From assembly GCA_040954595.2 (NCBI GenBank), contig CM082584.2:12623166-12687165 (forward strand): DNA of 64,000 nucleotides, given 5' to 3'. Source of the stretch: Balanoglossus misakiensis (taxonomy: Eukaryota > Animalia > Hemichordata). Positions 49,996 to 64,000 of the stretch are shown piece by piece (positions within the stretch are counted from its first letter, which is position 1; every line of letters starts with the position of its first letter). The notes beneath the pieces are model-generated. The model was not told the DNA's origin. It did not search any database and was given only the letters and a program-made list of their open reading frames with translations. The position numbers and the translations under genes were made by a program.

Positions 49996-52900
49996 ATGCA
50001 CGGAACCGTGATCGCCATTTCATAGTAACTTTTCATCTGGACCAAACTTTACTGCCCTGATCGGGTAACCGACTCTCTGGCTAAGAGACCTGTTGCAATG
50101 CATGAACTCATTTTTCTTTAGGCACATTGTTTGAACTTTCACAATATTAAATGTGGGGCATTATTTTTTAACAGGATTTGTTTTGAATGAATATACCTTT
50201 AATGAATGGCATAAGGAATTATTTTGTTCTGAAGTGGAAATTACGTCTCTGACATGAAGTTGGGAGAATTTTGTGTGGTATCTCAAAAGTACATGGCAAC
50301 ATGCACAGTCAGCAATTTCATTAGTATCGAGTTCCCCCAAAACACAAAATACCATCAGATCTAAATTGTTCATATTTGCTTCAACAGGTCATTGCCACTC
50401 TAAACTGCCATTATTCTCAACAGTATTTATTTTTGTACTGTGTATTTTATTTATAACCAAAGATGGTTAAAATGAATTATCATAACAGCAATATACCTCA
50501 GAGATGAGTGGCCAGTCATTGCCGATATCTTCTTTCATAAAAAATGTCCTAATTGTTCTAATAAACTAAAATGCAGAAGTAAACAGTAATATGTCAGTCA
50601 CAAAGCTTTATAGATTACTTGAGTATTAATTGATGTTTTGAGTTATATCCTGAAAGTGTTAATACATTTGGGTTGTAATTGAAGCTGGGTTTTTTACCAG
50701 CCAAGAAGTTAGTTGTACATACACACCAATATAATCCAATTTGAACCACCTGTATTACAAATTAGTAAAACTTCCAGTGTAAATCAAAATTTGATAGAGA
50801 ATCTTTTGAGAAATCAAGTGATTATGGGCATTATACATAAAATCAGTTTATAAATAGAATAGCCAAAGAATCTGTCTGTTTTTCTATCAAGAATATTCTC
50901 TTTCTAATCAAACTTGCAATTCTCTACCAACGGTAAAAGAGGGAATTTGAATGGATGTCGAATGGTACAACCCTTTTTATTGTTAGAAAATATTTAAGAA
51001 GAAAACACTTTTCTTACACAAATTTTGCTTGCGTTTGTGTGCATTATACAAACATGAATATCATGTGGATTGTTAAAGCAATTATTGTTGAAATGTAATA
51101 GTTTTAGTTTTCTGAGGTGCAATACACACATTGTCTGCCAGACTCCTGTTCATTGTACCAGGGACGGCCGACTTTACTTTACACTCCAGGGCCATGCATG
51201 ATTTGTGGATGATTTCTACTGTCACTTGATACCAGCTCTCACTGTTGACAGATCCTTTAACCTTTGCATTTCACAATCAGAAAGAAACCAGATGTATAAA
51301 GCTGGTGTAAAGTAAGAAGGGGGTCAAGTCAGTAGATAAGGAATGTCAACAGAGTGTAGCAGAATTTCTTATAATGGTTCGGTCATATTCCGATTCAAAT
51401 TAACCATGATAGATCATATTAAGTTTGATAAAATCATGACCTCCTGAGCCTGTTTATCAGGGTTCTCTCATGAAACCTTGCCAACTGCTTTTTTTTACTG
51501 CCAATTCATGGTATACTCAAGTTGTTACTGACACTGAATGTGTGTCAGTTCATTCAAACAAGTTTTGCAAGTGCAGCCATGGGATATGGGCTGTTGTCTT
51601 GTGCATATAAAATATATGCAAGTTTTGTGAGCATGTAGTGGTTGGTGATATTATGCCATTGATGAGAATCTCGTATTTCAAAACAGTTCAGCTTCCCAAC
51701 CTCAGCACCATTTGCCTATGGTATCTTGTGGGGGGATATACCCCCACAGGTTCAAAGGGTTACCTGGGTAACTGTAATATTACTATACACTACCATGTGA
51801 ATTTTGTATTATATCACCAAACAAGATAGACAGGTTATTATAAGAGATAAAGTTTTGATGTCTGTACTGGCAAACCAAAATGATTTTCAAGCTGCCTATC
51901 AAAGAAAGTAAAGTACAGATATATTAGTGTTACAGAAAAGTAATATAAAGAAAAAAAAGTTATAGCTTATTTATGTTATTACACTTTTAGAAACATTTTT
52001 TACTATTTATGTCATATTTCTTCTGTAAATGTAAAATATATATTTTTTTTTTGGTTTTATTTTATTTACAGTACTGAAAATTATGGCTTGTTGGCAATTT
52101 TTAAAACCCTCATTTTATGTTTTTCACGCGTGTATATGCTTATTTGTATGGAATTTAAGAAATGTTTCTTTAAAAATACATATTTATTTTGATCCTAAGA
52201 TTATAAGAGCTGAATTTGAACTTTGTGTTGATCAGCATGAAGTTGTTCATATTACCTCAGTTCACAGTCACTCAGTTATGAGGCTTTTCAGTGTTATTAA
52301 ATCACCATTTTATCACTGAATTCATACGTTTCTGTTTTTTTCTTATATAAAAAAAGAGCTAAAATCAATGAGGGAGTAAAGGTCATGGCACACTGTTTGC
52401 CATTGGACGATAGTATTTGACCTGACATGACATACATTAACCAGGATGCACTTCTGCTTTGACCTTTGACACACCTGTGGCATGCCGAAACGTAACGTGT
52501 CCGCGATCAGTAAACATCAACAAACACGTACAGGTAAGTTCACTACGCGGAATCGACAGGCGTTTCTGTCGGTTGTTAACTCTAAAATGTTAGTTCAAGA
52601 TCTCTTCAACTGCTTTTCATATTGGACAGAACTGTTACGCGGACCGGACCCTGCGATCCAACTTAATCGGCCCGTTGCCATTGATATGTATTGGCCGAAG
52701 GCGGGGCTGAAACTGATCTGTGTTGCATGCGGACAACTGAACTGTCGTCCCTATGAATTTTTGCGGATCCGTGGCCCTGCCACTCCCTCGACTGGTAGTG
52801 GCAGGGCTTAGCAACAGATCCATAAGTCAGCCTGCTCCCTGCTCTGCCCCCCTCGATTGTCTATGCTTTGACCTGGGGGGGGGGGGGGGAATATACTTCC

Positions 52901-53731
52901 AAGCTTTGAGTTTGACGTCAATAATTATCAATCATGTAAATGACATATTTTATAGATGTCAGTGTCTGTGCTGAACATATACATGACACAAATTGTCTAT
53001 TTGAATTCCATTGTTGCTATTTACCATGTGAGTTGAAGACTGTCACAGTGGATATGCATGTCTGTTTGACTGGGATCAGTGGTCTGATATGATCATTTGT
53101 GACCTGAAAAAACCCTTCATCCACCCCCAGAATTCAAATGGTTCTCCTCTAACTATGATGATGCATGATGATGATGATGATGATGTCATCATAAATTGTT
53201 GATAATCTATATAATTTACACCTTTGTGCATCATCGAGATCATACCACCATACATTCTCTATTCTTGGTTGTGATGATACTCAAGTCAGTTTATTTCCAG
53301 TGACAGGGGCTCAATTGGGGTGAACCTTGAACTTGCTCAGAAAATCAGTCATGCATCTGTAATTTGCCATTTAGCAATCTATCTTTCATGATGACATGCC
53401 CCAGAGACAGTGCAAGTCATTAGTGTTGGATTTGCTATGCAGTAATCATCCGATATGTGGAATTAGAATTTAGACTTTAATTATAGTCTTTTTAGACTCA
53501 ATACTTTTGCGTTACACTTAGATATTTCATCTCCTTTTTTTCAGGACCAGGATCAACGAAGAAGTCAGAGTGTAGCCAAAATAAGACCAGAATTGGTGGA
53601 TGATTGACCTATGCAAATGAAGGGTGATCTTTGACTGAGGCCGGCGTCAAGTATAGCATCACAGACAGCCAGGATCACACTCACACTCACAGTACTACAA
53701 ATTCTATGTGCAGCTGACATTGCTAAGCAAC

Positions 53732-56700
53732 ATGAATATACAAAGCTATCCAACAAATCAAGTCTCCAAATTTCTGATAGCCTCCCAGAAATCTGTCCCC
53801 AATATCATCAAATTACCATGTGGGTTGCATTTTGTGAGAGACCCAGATATGTCGGGATACTATTGTCTTGGATTCATTGTGTTTGGACTTAGCTATGGAA
53901 TGTTTGTCATTCCATACTTGGTTGTGATTCCTATGTACCTGCAAGGCCAGATTGGACATTTCATAGTAATAGGTAAGTAAACGTACGGCCAGATCAGGCA
54001 ACTCATCAGCAATATGTACATGGAGGAAGAGCATTCGTAACATGATTGCAAGTATCATGCATTTTTAGCTCCTCATTCACAGTGCAATGCTGAGGCCAGA
54101 CTTGTGCCGTATCAGGGTTTTGCCCCAACATGGCATTCTCGCAGGTTCATGAACTGGCACCTTGGTGTAAATCAGTACAACAAGGTATCTCTCCTTTGCC
54201 AGATGCCATTTGAATCCAATCTGATATGGCTTACTGTTGGTCTGCTTTGTCCCTACGATCTGGCGTCTATCTTTGTATGTCAAGGACTGTGGGGAAAGGC
54301 ATACCTTGATCCAATCACCTTGGACGGTGTTTTCAGGAGTTGTCTTTCAACGCCTCTGACTTTCATCGTTTACTTCAACTGTACATCTTGTAAATTATCC
54401 CACAAAGAATGATTAATGATGTCATCGTCTGCAAATGTTGCATACTCTGGTTCATGATCTGCAATGAAATACAAGGTCCTGCATGAGGGCTGAGTCTTAT
54501 CAAAGGTGCATGCATGGTCACATATGCAAATGTAGTCAAAGTCACCATGGAAACTACAGATTTAGCCAATCAAACAGACACAGATGCATGTTCATTCCCT
54601 TTCTTCTGCAAAATATTCCTTAAGACTTGCGAACGTGTCTTTTCACAATTTGTGCTGAATAACTAGAATCTCTAATGATTATTTTTAAAATATTAAAACA
54701 TTTTTTCTATCCTCAGGTTATTTTACAAGTGCAATATGTACTTTGGTGTCACTTTTCCGAGCAGCTACCAGTGATCCTGGCCGAATATCCATGGATCTCA
54801 GACCGGCAGAGGCAGGTGAGTGCAGCAAAATGCTAGGAGATGTAGGAATCTTTCATTTATTGTTTGATTACTAGTTATGGATAAACACCCTGAAATTCCT
54901 TTCAGATGCATTTATTTTCTTCCTTATTTCGCAGATGAAATAAATTGGACCCACTGTCAGAAATGTTTCATTCAGCGGCCAGTAAACTCGCATCATTGTA
55001 GGCGGTGTGGACAGTGTGTTCGATTAATGGACCATCATTGCCCATGGTAGGTACAATACATGTATATATCATTGTGGCTAGCTTTTTTTAACCCTTTCTC
55101 TACCATGGTCCAGTCCAAAACCTATTGATTTCTATGGTAAGATTGGACCTCTAAAGAGGGAACTGGGGGTGAAAGGGGTTAAAATGAATGAATGATGCGC
55201 TGACCATCATTTGCTTGTTTTCGCAGGATTAACAATTGTGTTGGAGAGGACAATAAGTGGATATTTGTGCTACTGGTTTTCTATGGCGCCCTCTTGAGTT
55301 TCATAGCTTTGATTTTGATCATCTGCCATTTCTACTTCTTCGATCCGTGCCAGGAGGACATTTGTGATAAGGTGTGCAGTAGGCTACTGATTATGCTAAG
55401 ATTTTTTTTATGAGCAGTCTGAGAGAAATGAGAACATTACCACTGTAAATAAAGTGTTCTCATGTAACGCTGTGTGAATTTGTTTCTCCCAGCCCAAGAC
55501 ACAAATGATGTTGCACATATTTTGACACACACTTGAAACATGGATCTCATTTCTTTATTTTTCTCATTTCAATTTTAGAGTACTTTCCTGTTTCGACATA
55601 CGCGATGGTTCATGTATTTGGCGTTTATCCTAGACATCACATTATTATTGATATGTTCAACTCAATTTCTTACACAAGTTGCCAATATATACCTGGTAAG
55701 TTGGTCTCTTTTAATACCCCCAAAGTTTACTACAAGTGGGATTATCAAAGTTCTCAGTGAACATGACATTTCTTAGTAAGGCTGACATTCCAGCAGATGC
55801 AAAGTGAGGACTTTTGATCCTTTGTGATCGTGTGTCTATTAAACTAAAATTCACCACACTCCATTCTTTGCAGAACCGAACAACTTTAGAACAAATCATC
55901 GAAGCATCTCAATACTACAATTACGGTCAACATGGTCTTCAAGAAGAGTAAGTATTCGCAGAGTAAATGCACAGTGTAACTCTAATAAGTACTACGATTA
56001 TGACAGACAGTTCATACGAACTTGCCTTTGCAGCCATAAGTAGAGTAAGTCGTCTGCAGGATTTAATGTCCATTTATGTTTAGAAAATTAGAACATGACA
56101 TTTCTGTGGCAGGTCCACATTACCCCTGACTATCACAAGGTTGTTTTGAGTTTTTTTTCTTTTGAGATAACAAGTGATGACATATTTTGTCATGGTATCG
56201 TAACTCTAGCCTTGTGATTGTTTTCAACAGGTGTGTGTCTGGGACACTGATCTTATTTTGTGGGCGTTGTTTATAAGAGTCGACTTTTTTCCCATCTTCC
56301 TGAAAGATAAAAGTTGTTCAGCATTCTGCATTTATATCAAGATGTTGTGAAGAGAGTGTGTAAGCACATATAACTGTGCCAAGTGAATCATTTTGTGACG
56401 GTTTTTTTGCGCTTCTTATCGCTGGCGACATTCCAAAAGCGCGGTATGGTATTTGGCGTCATGAAATGTTATTCGCTCCGAACTTTTATGCGTGCAGGTA
56501 TTTAGCTACGTGCGGCGGAGTCCAGTTCCATCTTGGTGTAGACTGGAGAAATGTGATTGAGTGCAATTAATTAATTAATGGATTGATTGATTGATTGTGC
56601 ATGGCTCCTGCTTTTGCAAGTGTGTCCTTTGGTTAGTAATGAACACCAGTGGGCATATGCAAGTGCAATTAGACTTGACTAGGCCTCTCACAGTTTGCTG

Positions 56701-58081
56701 TTAGTTAGAATGCAACTTCATTTGCATGGCAATGGTGATTTCTTAGCTGGATATTCCAGCACTGATCAACAGAGTCTTTAATCTTTGTGCTTCGGCACTC
56801 ACTACTAGTTCTCCACAGTCATCGGTGACAATCTACAGCAAAGGAATAAAAATATCAAAGCGCATTCGATGTGGGTCATTGTCACTTTAGATGACTAGCA
56901 ACCCATGTTCTCTGGACAACGTCAGGAAATTTGCGTATTATGATCACTGTGCAGGTGTTGGTTGATAATCTGATTGATTGCTTTGATATCTTACTCCTGT
57001 CAACATCATCTAAAATTTCAGCGTGGCGGTGTTTATGTACGTGCGACCAGACAGCCACAGGTGCAGGGATAAAGTCATGTATTCTGAACAGCATAAGCAT
57101 GCCAAGTATTTGGGGAGTTGGTCTATCTCAATGGGAGAGTATAGTCAACGTAAATTATGATCTTTCAAATGTGTGATATGACATCAACTTAGCTGAGAGT
57201 ACCCCCTGAGTTTGTATTTTCCTTTGTGCCCAGTTTCTGATATGGCTCCACATTTATGCATCTACATAAAACACTTTTTATCTTGTCACAAAGTTTTTAA
57301 GCAAAAAGGACCCGTCTGAAAGTTGTACCCCTAGTGTTGCAGTCATCTCTCTTCCCCTCCTCTCAATTTGTCTGACAACCTTTTTCTTTTAAACTTGCTT
57401 AGTACACGGCCTGATATTTTCTGACATTTGCACATGTGTTTGACAATCCTTCACTTTGTACAATCAGAAATGCTTCTGAAAGAAAGCAGGAATCTGGTCA
57501 CTATGCCCTTGACAATTATGTTCAGCCTATGATCAGAAATTGCTATGACATCACGAGTGTATAATACATAGGAAGTGTGACATTAGTGGTTGACCTTTTT
57601 CTATCATGCAGCTGATGTCTAAGATCTTTTAGATGTAATTTTTAAAAGCTGAAAGGGTTTTGCCTCAAGGTCTCTCAATCAAAAAGTCAGTTTGGCAGCT
57701 GATGTCTCTGAATTTTTGTCTATGAAGTGTGGTCAAAAAGCTTTGCGCCCTCTAGAGGCCAGTTGAATTTCTGTGGGCTGGTGAGATGTGAGATAGTCTG
57801 GTCTCCTGGTCTCCCCATTCCCACTGCTGGCCGCGCTACATGAGATTCGCCATATGAGTGTCCACAAATGCCATTTGATTGGCATCTTGTCCTCACACAC
57901 TTCTCCATTTGATTCATTTTGCAGAGAGCCGAAACATTCTCATGGACAAAGCCAAATCTCAGCGTACGACTCCTTCAAGAGTGTCTGGGGAGGTGGAACA
58001 GCCTGGTGTTGGGTAAATCCATTCAGGAGGAGACGGGCCACACCACAATATGTGTACAATGACCATCTGTTGAATGTGTAG
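53732..58081 (+). CDS. ZDHHC21: DHHC palmitoyltransferase ZDHHC21-like
   Basis: Exons ~53732-53972 (LHFVRDP..CLGFIVF..VIP), 54717-54815 (RAATSDPGRI), 54934-55045 (CQKCFIQRPVNSHHCRRCGQCVRLMDHHCPW), 55226-55371 (INNCVGEDNKW), ~55578-55695, 55873-55947 (TTLE) and 57924-58081 (WCWVNPFRRR..NV*). The N- and C-terminal motifs resemble ZDHHC21, and adjacency to NFI mirrors ZDHHC21-NFIB. Likely 5' UTR exons end at 52533 (CAG|GTAAGT) and begin at ~53545. The start codon is uncertain. Confidence 0.88.
55092..55178. mobile_element. Small piggyBac-like MITE (TTAA TSD) in a ZDHHC21 intron; related partial copies in RAD54L introns
   Basis: TTAA|CCCTTT...GAAAGGGG|TTAA. The internal GGACCTCTAAAGAGGGAACTGGGGGTGAAAGGG recurs at ~36240-36274 (+), ~35594-35630 (-) and, degenerately, at ~33030-33117 (-). 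Confidence 0.7.
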
Positions 58082-60091
58082 CCACCTCCAGGAATAGTGC
58101 CTCTCTCCATGCACCGGTAATGGTGCCATCGAGAGTGGAATTTTGTCCATAAAGTAGACAACTGTCAGATCAGTTCCACTTGGCAAGAAAGCTTTGATTT
58201 TCACAATCCTGGGACTGATTTTTAAGGAACTTGTATGATATGAAACAAAAATTAATAATTGACAGAAATTTATACATTAGAGGTAATTATACAAAACAAA
58301 CCTGAGTGTTTTTTTAAACAAGAACGTTCTTAAAGTATTGAAGAAGCTGGTTATAAACACAGACAATTTACAATCATTGTTTTACAATGAATACATTTAT
58401 ATTATACTAGAAGCATTTCATTATTGTGTGCTTATCTTTGAGGAAGTCATTGATCCTACAAGGAATGTTTGATACTACTGTATTTTGATCGCAAAGCAAG
58501 TTATTTTGTGAGAAAGTTTTGCAAAAGAACACTAACTACCGTAAAGGACTGCTTTTATAGCGCCCTCGTTAACGTTGTGGGGGTAATTATTCACTTGTAG
58601 AGGGCGCTCGTCCAGACCGAAACTTAGGAAATTTACAGATGTATTTTTTTCTCGAAGACACCAGTGAAACTAATCATCATTGTACTTAACCTACTGCCCG
58701 AATTAAGTAAAATCATGTGAATTAATTGAATGTCGAATTGGTATCTTGCTTATGTAGATGGTAGCATTGCTGTAGTTAGGATTGCTAAATTATTGAAAGT
58801 TATTTTAACCATTTATTAGTTTCCAGCAAAGTGACCGCCTTCAAGTTCACCATGGCAGCAGATGGGGTCACAATTTAGAGAAAAATTAGTAATTCAGCAA
58901 TAAAAATATTTTGTACACAACATTTAAGTTTGTAAACTCTTTTCTGCCTGAAATTTGGTCTGAAATGGCATGATTTCATAAATAAAACAAATCAACTTTG
59001 AAAACCTGACATGCTTTTGGTGGCTTTTTGAGTGTGTTTGTCTCCAGATGTCAAAACACAATGGCCAAATGCCCACCAATCCCTATAAACTGGTTAAAAC
59101 CCTATAGTTTCTACTTAGCAACTGCATGGAGTTCATCACATCAGTGAACTCACATTTGGAAAATCACAAGTTGAAAAGGTGACCACTGGAATCCAAGACA
59201 CTTGTTGATATGTTGTTGAAAAACTTCAAGGTCAGTAACAGTGGACCCATTCAATTGTGTAGCATTTGCGTAGGTTGCCGGTAAAATTTATGTCAATAGG
59301 CCGACCCTACTTGGAGATTGCTGTCCCGGCATTCAGGCCGGGTGTGGTACATACACAGCTAAAGTACACCGGGGTTCTGCCCACCTCTTGGGTTCTGTCA
59401 CCACTGTCACAACTCGACAGCTCACTTTCTTGTAGTTGAGATTCCATAATTCATAACTTTGATCAGAAATACACACAATTAAACTTAGATATGAACTTCT
59501 CCAGCTTTCCAGTGATTTTGAAACGGACACTTTTGACTGTCGTGAAACTGACTAGGCCAGTGTGTGCGTGGAAGGTATTGTGCAGGTGCTTGTTGCCATA
59601 GTAATCAACGCTACACCGTCGTGACTTGTCATGCAACGGGCGCGGGTTTTTGAGGTTTTCGTTTGCTGAGCCAGTCATGCAATTTCATGTCGAAACACGT
59701 CCTTATACGTAATTACAAAATCCGGGTAACAAGCACTGGCTCGGTACGCAAACATACACCTGCTGGCTCTGCCTGCCACGGGAAATTTTTATTCACAATC
59801 ACAGCGCGTTTAAAAATGGTCAAATTAACATATAATGCCGGGCTCTCTTCCAAACCACGGCTTCCTGTTTACGAAAAAGCAACTTGCCATATCTTTGGTT
59901 GGAAATAGATTAGCTGCTCCATTGTTGTGCAACTGTTCGGAATTTTGCGCAGAAAGTTACGCATTGGGCTGGGAAACATGTCATTGACCACTCATGACGT
60001 GCATTCAGCTTACGAAAAGTTTATTTTTGCTGCAGATAATGGTGAAATTGACAGTATATATAGTGGGCGTGGTTAAGTACGCACGCCTACA

Positions 60092-60106
60092 TTGGCTCAC
60101 TGCCAA
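60092..60106. promoter_or_regulatory. Perfect palindromic NFI binding site TTGGC(N5)GCCAA upstream of the NFI gene
   Basis: TTGGC-TCACT-GCCAA about 870 bp upstream of the NFI ATG. Confidence 0.65.
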
Positions 60107-60970
60107 AAAACATGATTTTGTATTTGCGCGGCTTTCGCGGGAATCGCACATGTGCGTGCTCAACTCATATGATTCTGACGGTTTTATTTCTCTATTACGA
60201 TACTTATGCAGTTATGTATTTGTATTAACGCATAAAAATAAAATGACATCTCGTGGCGTCACATGAATCTTATCCTCAAATGGCCAATCCAGTATACTAT
60301 CCAACCGAGATCTCCTGGTACCGGTTTAGAGCCAGAGAAAAACAGCTGTTTCAGTAGAGCTAGCTCATTGCAAATAAACACGGTTGAAGTCCTATTCATT
60401 TCATATGCTAGGAAGAATTTCCTTCCCCATTTTTTCTCTTTCGCAAATATGCTGTGATCTTTCGCACAGATCGAAGGATTGTGTTTCAGAGCGATCATTT
60501 GGACACGTCATGAGCTAACGAACTTAATTCTGCTCATCTCCCCCAGTTAGCGCCGGTGAGAATAACGGGACGCAAATGTAAACAAAGTGATCAACGCCTT
60601 AATTCTTCTTTCATTGGCGCCCGACTCACACTGCCAATCAAATATTATAATAACGGAACGGTTCGTTTAGTGCCAACTCTGATTGGCTAGGCGAACGATT
60701 GACATGCAAATTAGGTCACGGGAATCAACAACAAGGAGGAAAACAAAAGATTGCAACGCATACAACATTATTCTTACTACGCCATCAAGGAAGAGCTAAA
60801 TAGTGGTCACTTCCAGCCCGATTTTTCGGAAATCGGGCCAACTGATCGCGAGCCAGTTGGACAGAATCGCCGTGTTATGTCTGAACTTTGAATCGACAGT
60901 GAATTCAGGAGCTCGATCGCATAATATGCGCTGAAACATCGCATCTAAAAATAGTTGAAGTGAACATAAT

Positions 60971-61989
60971 ATGGCGATGGTGAGTACCCTGTATAGTAAA
61001 TGTATATTTTATGAACGTAAAATTCGTCCGTTGCAACCAAAAAAATTCTGTAGTTGCGATCGCTGAGAGCTGTATCGATATATTTTGGGACAGAACGTTT
61101 CGGTGTATCTCGTTGTTTACACATGTGATGTATTTTGGGCGATTTGCCCAATTTTGGGACCGTATTGCTCGGGAAAGCGGAGGTTCATTGAAGGTCATTC
61201 GACACGACTTGCCGGTACGTTGGTGATGACCGCGACTGGTATGAACGACATATCGACTGTGATCAAAACATAAGGGATAGCGCTGCGGCAACTGATTGAA
61301 CCACAGATCTCACATCTAATATCTAGCAGCATATCTGATTAATGACAATATTTTTACCAGAAACTCGCATATTTAAGGATAATTGTGATCACTGTGAAAA
61401 TAAATGTTGATTTCTAATTTTTGACAAATGTGTATTTCAATATTCCAGGATGAATTCCATCCTTTTATCGAAGCGTTACTCCCCCACGTGAAATCCTTTT
61501 CATACACATGGTTCAACCTTCAAGCCAGGAAGAGAAAATACTTCAAGAAACACGAAAAACGTATGTCCCCTGATGAGGAACGTCAAACCAAGGAAGAGTT
61601 AATCAACGAAAAGCCGGAGGTGAAACAAAAATGGGCGTCTCGGTTGCTGGCCAAACTTCGCAAGGACATACGACCCGAATGTCGAGAGGACTTTGTGTTA
61701 AGTGTGACAGGAAAGAAACCTCCTATGTGTGTACTGAGTAACCCCGATCAGAAGGGGAAAATCAGACGAATTGACTGTCTACGCCAAGCCGACAAAGTTT
61801 GGCGGTTAGACTTAGTAATGGTAGTTCTTTTCAAGGCAATACCACTCGAGAGTACAGACGGCGAGAGACTTGTCAAATCACATACGTGTTCGAACGCGGC
61901 GTTATGCGTACAGCCACAGCACATCAGCGTCTCGGTGAGAGAGCTGGACTTGTTTCTCGCCAATTTCATAATGCAAGCCCCGGGAACAG
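60971..61989 (+). CDS. NFI: Nuclear factor I family transcription factor, 5' partial (exon 60971-60979 plus DNA-binding exon 61449-61989; gene continues beyond the window)
   Basis: Short exon ATGGCGATG|GTGAGT, then TTCCAG|[39 protein letters not shown]...[14 protein letters not shown]...[33 protein letters not shown], the conserved NFI DNA-binding exon ending in a phase-1 donor (CAG|GTGAGT). Confidence 0.97.
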
Positions 61990-64000
61990 GTGAGTGGCCG
62001 GTTTCAGTTTAAAAGTCTCGTCTTTTTAATAAAGTGATGTCGTGTGCGACTTTGCCCTGCCGGTACAACTGTAACAATTTATTGGCGGTATTCATGTACG
62101 TACATGCCCCGTGCCCATCGTCGCCCCCATTGTGCAAAGTCTTTGTGTTATCACAGCATTTTTTTACCCCAAGGAGTTAGATTTTTTTTTTTTTGCCGGG
62201 CCAACGCAGTGAAGTGAAACAGGAACCCTCCATAAAAATGACAAAATGGTCACTTTGTACTGATAACGTACATTTTAGGAGTTCCGAGGAATGGAAGAAG
62301 GTTCTGTGAGAAAAAAATTAAGTAATGATATAGACTGTTGGCCACCTGGCATTAATGGAACTTTTGTGCTTTATCAAGTTTGAAAGGAGTTTTAAAATTG
62401 CGAAAAAAGGACGAAATGGCATTTCAAACACTTTCTTTTCCATCTAAGACTGCAGAAGTGTGAAAATTATAAATTTCATTAAATTAAAACCTCAAGAAGA
62501 TTTCATGCATATTGGGAAGGGTTTCTGCAGGTCATGTGACAATAGCTTAAATCAACTGTTGTCAACTTCAAAGAAATGTGAAATCTTTATTAAGAGACTT
62601 AAAGAGACAACTAGCACTATGCAAAGGTGTCTGAAACTAAAGTAAGCAGAAAACAAAGAGTATTGTTATCTGTTTTGACATTCAAGGACACATCCCCATG
62701 GATGCCCCACTCTGAGACAACACTGTTGTGTTTGCTGAGACAAAAAAAGTAATGGCGGCTCCTTAAAGAAGTTCCCAAGGATTAATTCTGAATGGTGTGG
62801 TGATATTTTACATTCAGGCGGCCAGACACTGCATTTGGAACATGTCAGAACAGAGTGGTTTTTAAAAGATAAGTTGGGAGATTGTTAGGTTGCAATCAAG
62901 TGACAGATTATAAGTACTGTAGTAATTTAAGACAAATATATGGCACTACTATATTGCTACACCCAGTACTATGTCTAGACATGCGGTTTTGGCACAAAAT
63001 GAGTTTGAATTTTGCCAAAATTGAAAGTAAAACTGAGTAAGCTTTCACTTCCAATCCTGGCTATGCAGGCCAACTTTTATGCCCCAATTTTAGGGGGTTA
63101 GTAGGTCACACTACCCACTGCCAACAAAGGGAAGCCCTCTCTATGTGTTCAAGCATTAATTTGTAAATAGAAGTAGGCAAGTGTCCAAAAAGAGAGAGAA
63201 TTGTCTACAGGAAACAATTCTGGCCCAGTCAGGAAGGATGCCAAGAATTGTCAGGGCATCCCCCAGTTGAACAATTGAAAGTTGGCAGGTCTTCACAATT
63301 ACCTGGGCTGAATTGGGACATAGGAAGGTAAACTCCTGAGGCAGAAGTGGTTGTGCTGCCGACCAAGTTTGAGATAGTAAAGCTCACTATGGGCCCGACA
63401 AACAGACGCACTGTGTGTATTTTGTCTTCATAGCTGGTTTCCAGGAGGGGGTACCACAGGAACGGTTGTGGTTAATATTTTACTTTACCGACCTTGTGAT
63501 CATAGATATGCACACACACAGCCAGAAGGCAGGGCTTGGGTTGTAATCCTTCTGCCGACAAAATGCTGTAAATGTCAGTGTCGCAAAGGAAGACATCCAT
63601 TCATCGTATCACATTCGCCACAAAGCTTGAGAAATCTCAAGGAAAGCATTGTGCCCCATTTGCTAGCTACGTGCCCAAGGAAAGGAACCCAATGATGAAT
63701 ATGCTCAAACTACCAAACAGAAGAGTGCACCATTCGAAGCATATCCGTGAAGTGTTTACGGTATGCGAAGTACGATAAATGGCAGAGTGCAGTGTACAGA
63801 TGAGGTTCTCTCGTCATCTGTGTTTTCAAGTTTTCAGTTGAAACGCGATACTGTTTTCCGCGGTTGTGTTTCGCTTCTTTCTAGCAATCATAGTGCATCG
63901 ACCGGAGATGAATGAATCGGGAGCCAATCAGGCGCGTTTTCGGCCCTCGTGTGTGATGTACGTTTATGCCCTGACGTTTGTTACGAGATGTTGGGTTTCG

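Overview
Eukaryotic, intron-rich animal DNA; the gene set and linkage suggest an invertebrate deuterostome such as a hemichordate or echinoderm (inference). Six protein-coding genes, left to right: DOT1L H3K79 methyltransferase (-), RAD54L (-), a DAN-family secreted cystine-knot antagonist (-), a divergent TGF-beta-family ligand (+), ZDHHC21 palmitoyltransferase (+), and the first two coding exons of Nuclear Factor I (+, runs off the window). The main point of interest is the head-to-head antagonist/ligand pair separated by about 5 kb. The ligand lacks the interchain cysteine, the second Trp of the WxxW motif and a canonical RxxR furin site, and shows AMH/GDF15/GDF9-like motifs. The antagonist mixes Cerberus, Gremlin and NBL1 signatures. 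The pair lies in the conserved NFI-ZDHHC21-Cerberus block and close to DOT1L, which neighbours AMH in vertebrates. Also present: a 541-bp foldback MITE with a 9-bp TSD, small piggyBac-like and hAT-like MITEs, a compound tetranucleotide microsatellite, a perfect NFI site upstream of NFI, CTCF-like motifs and many RFX X-boxes. Exon boundaries were read by eye and homologies come from recalled sequences; no search or alignment was run.
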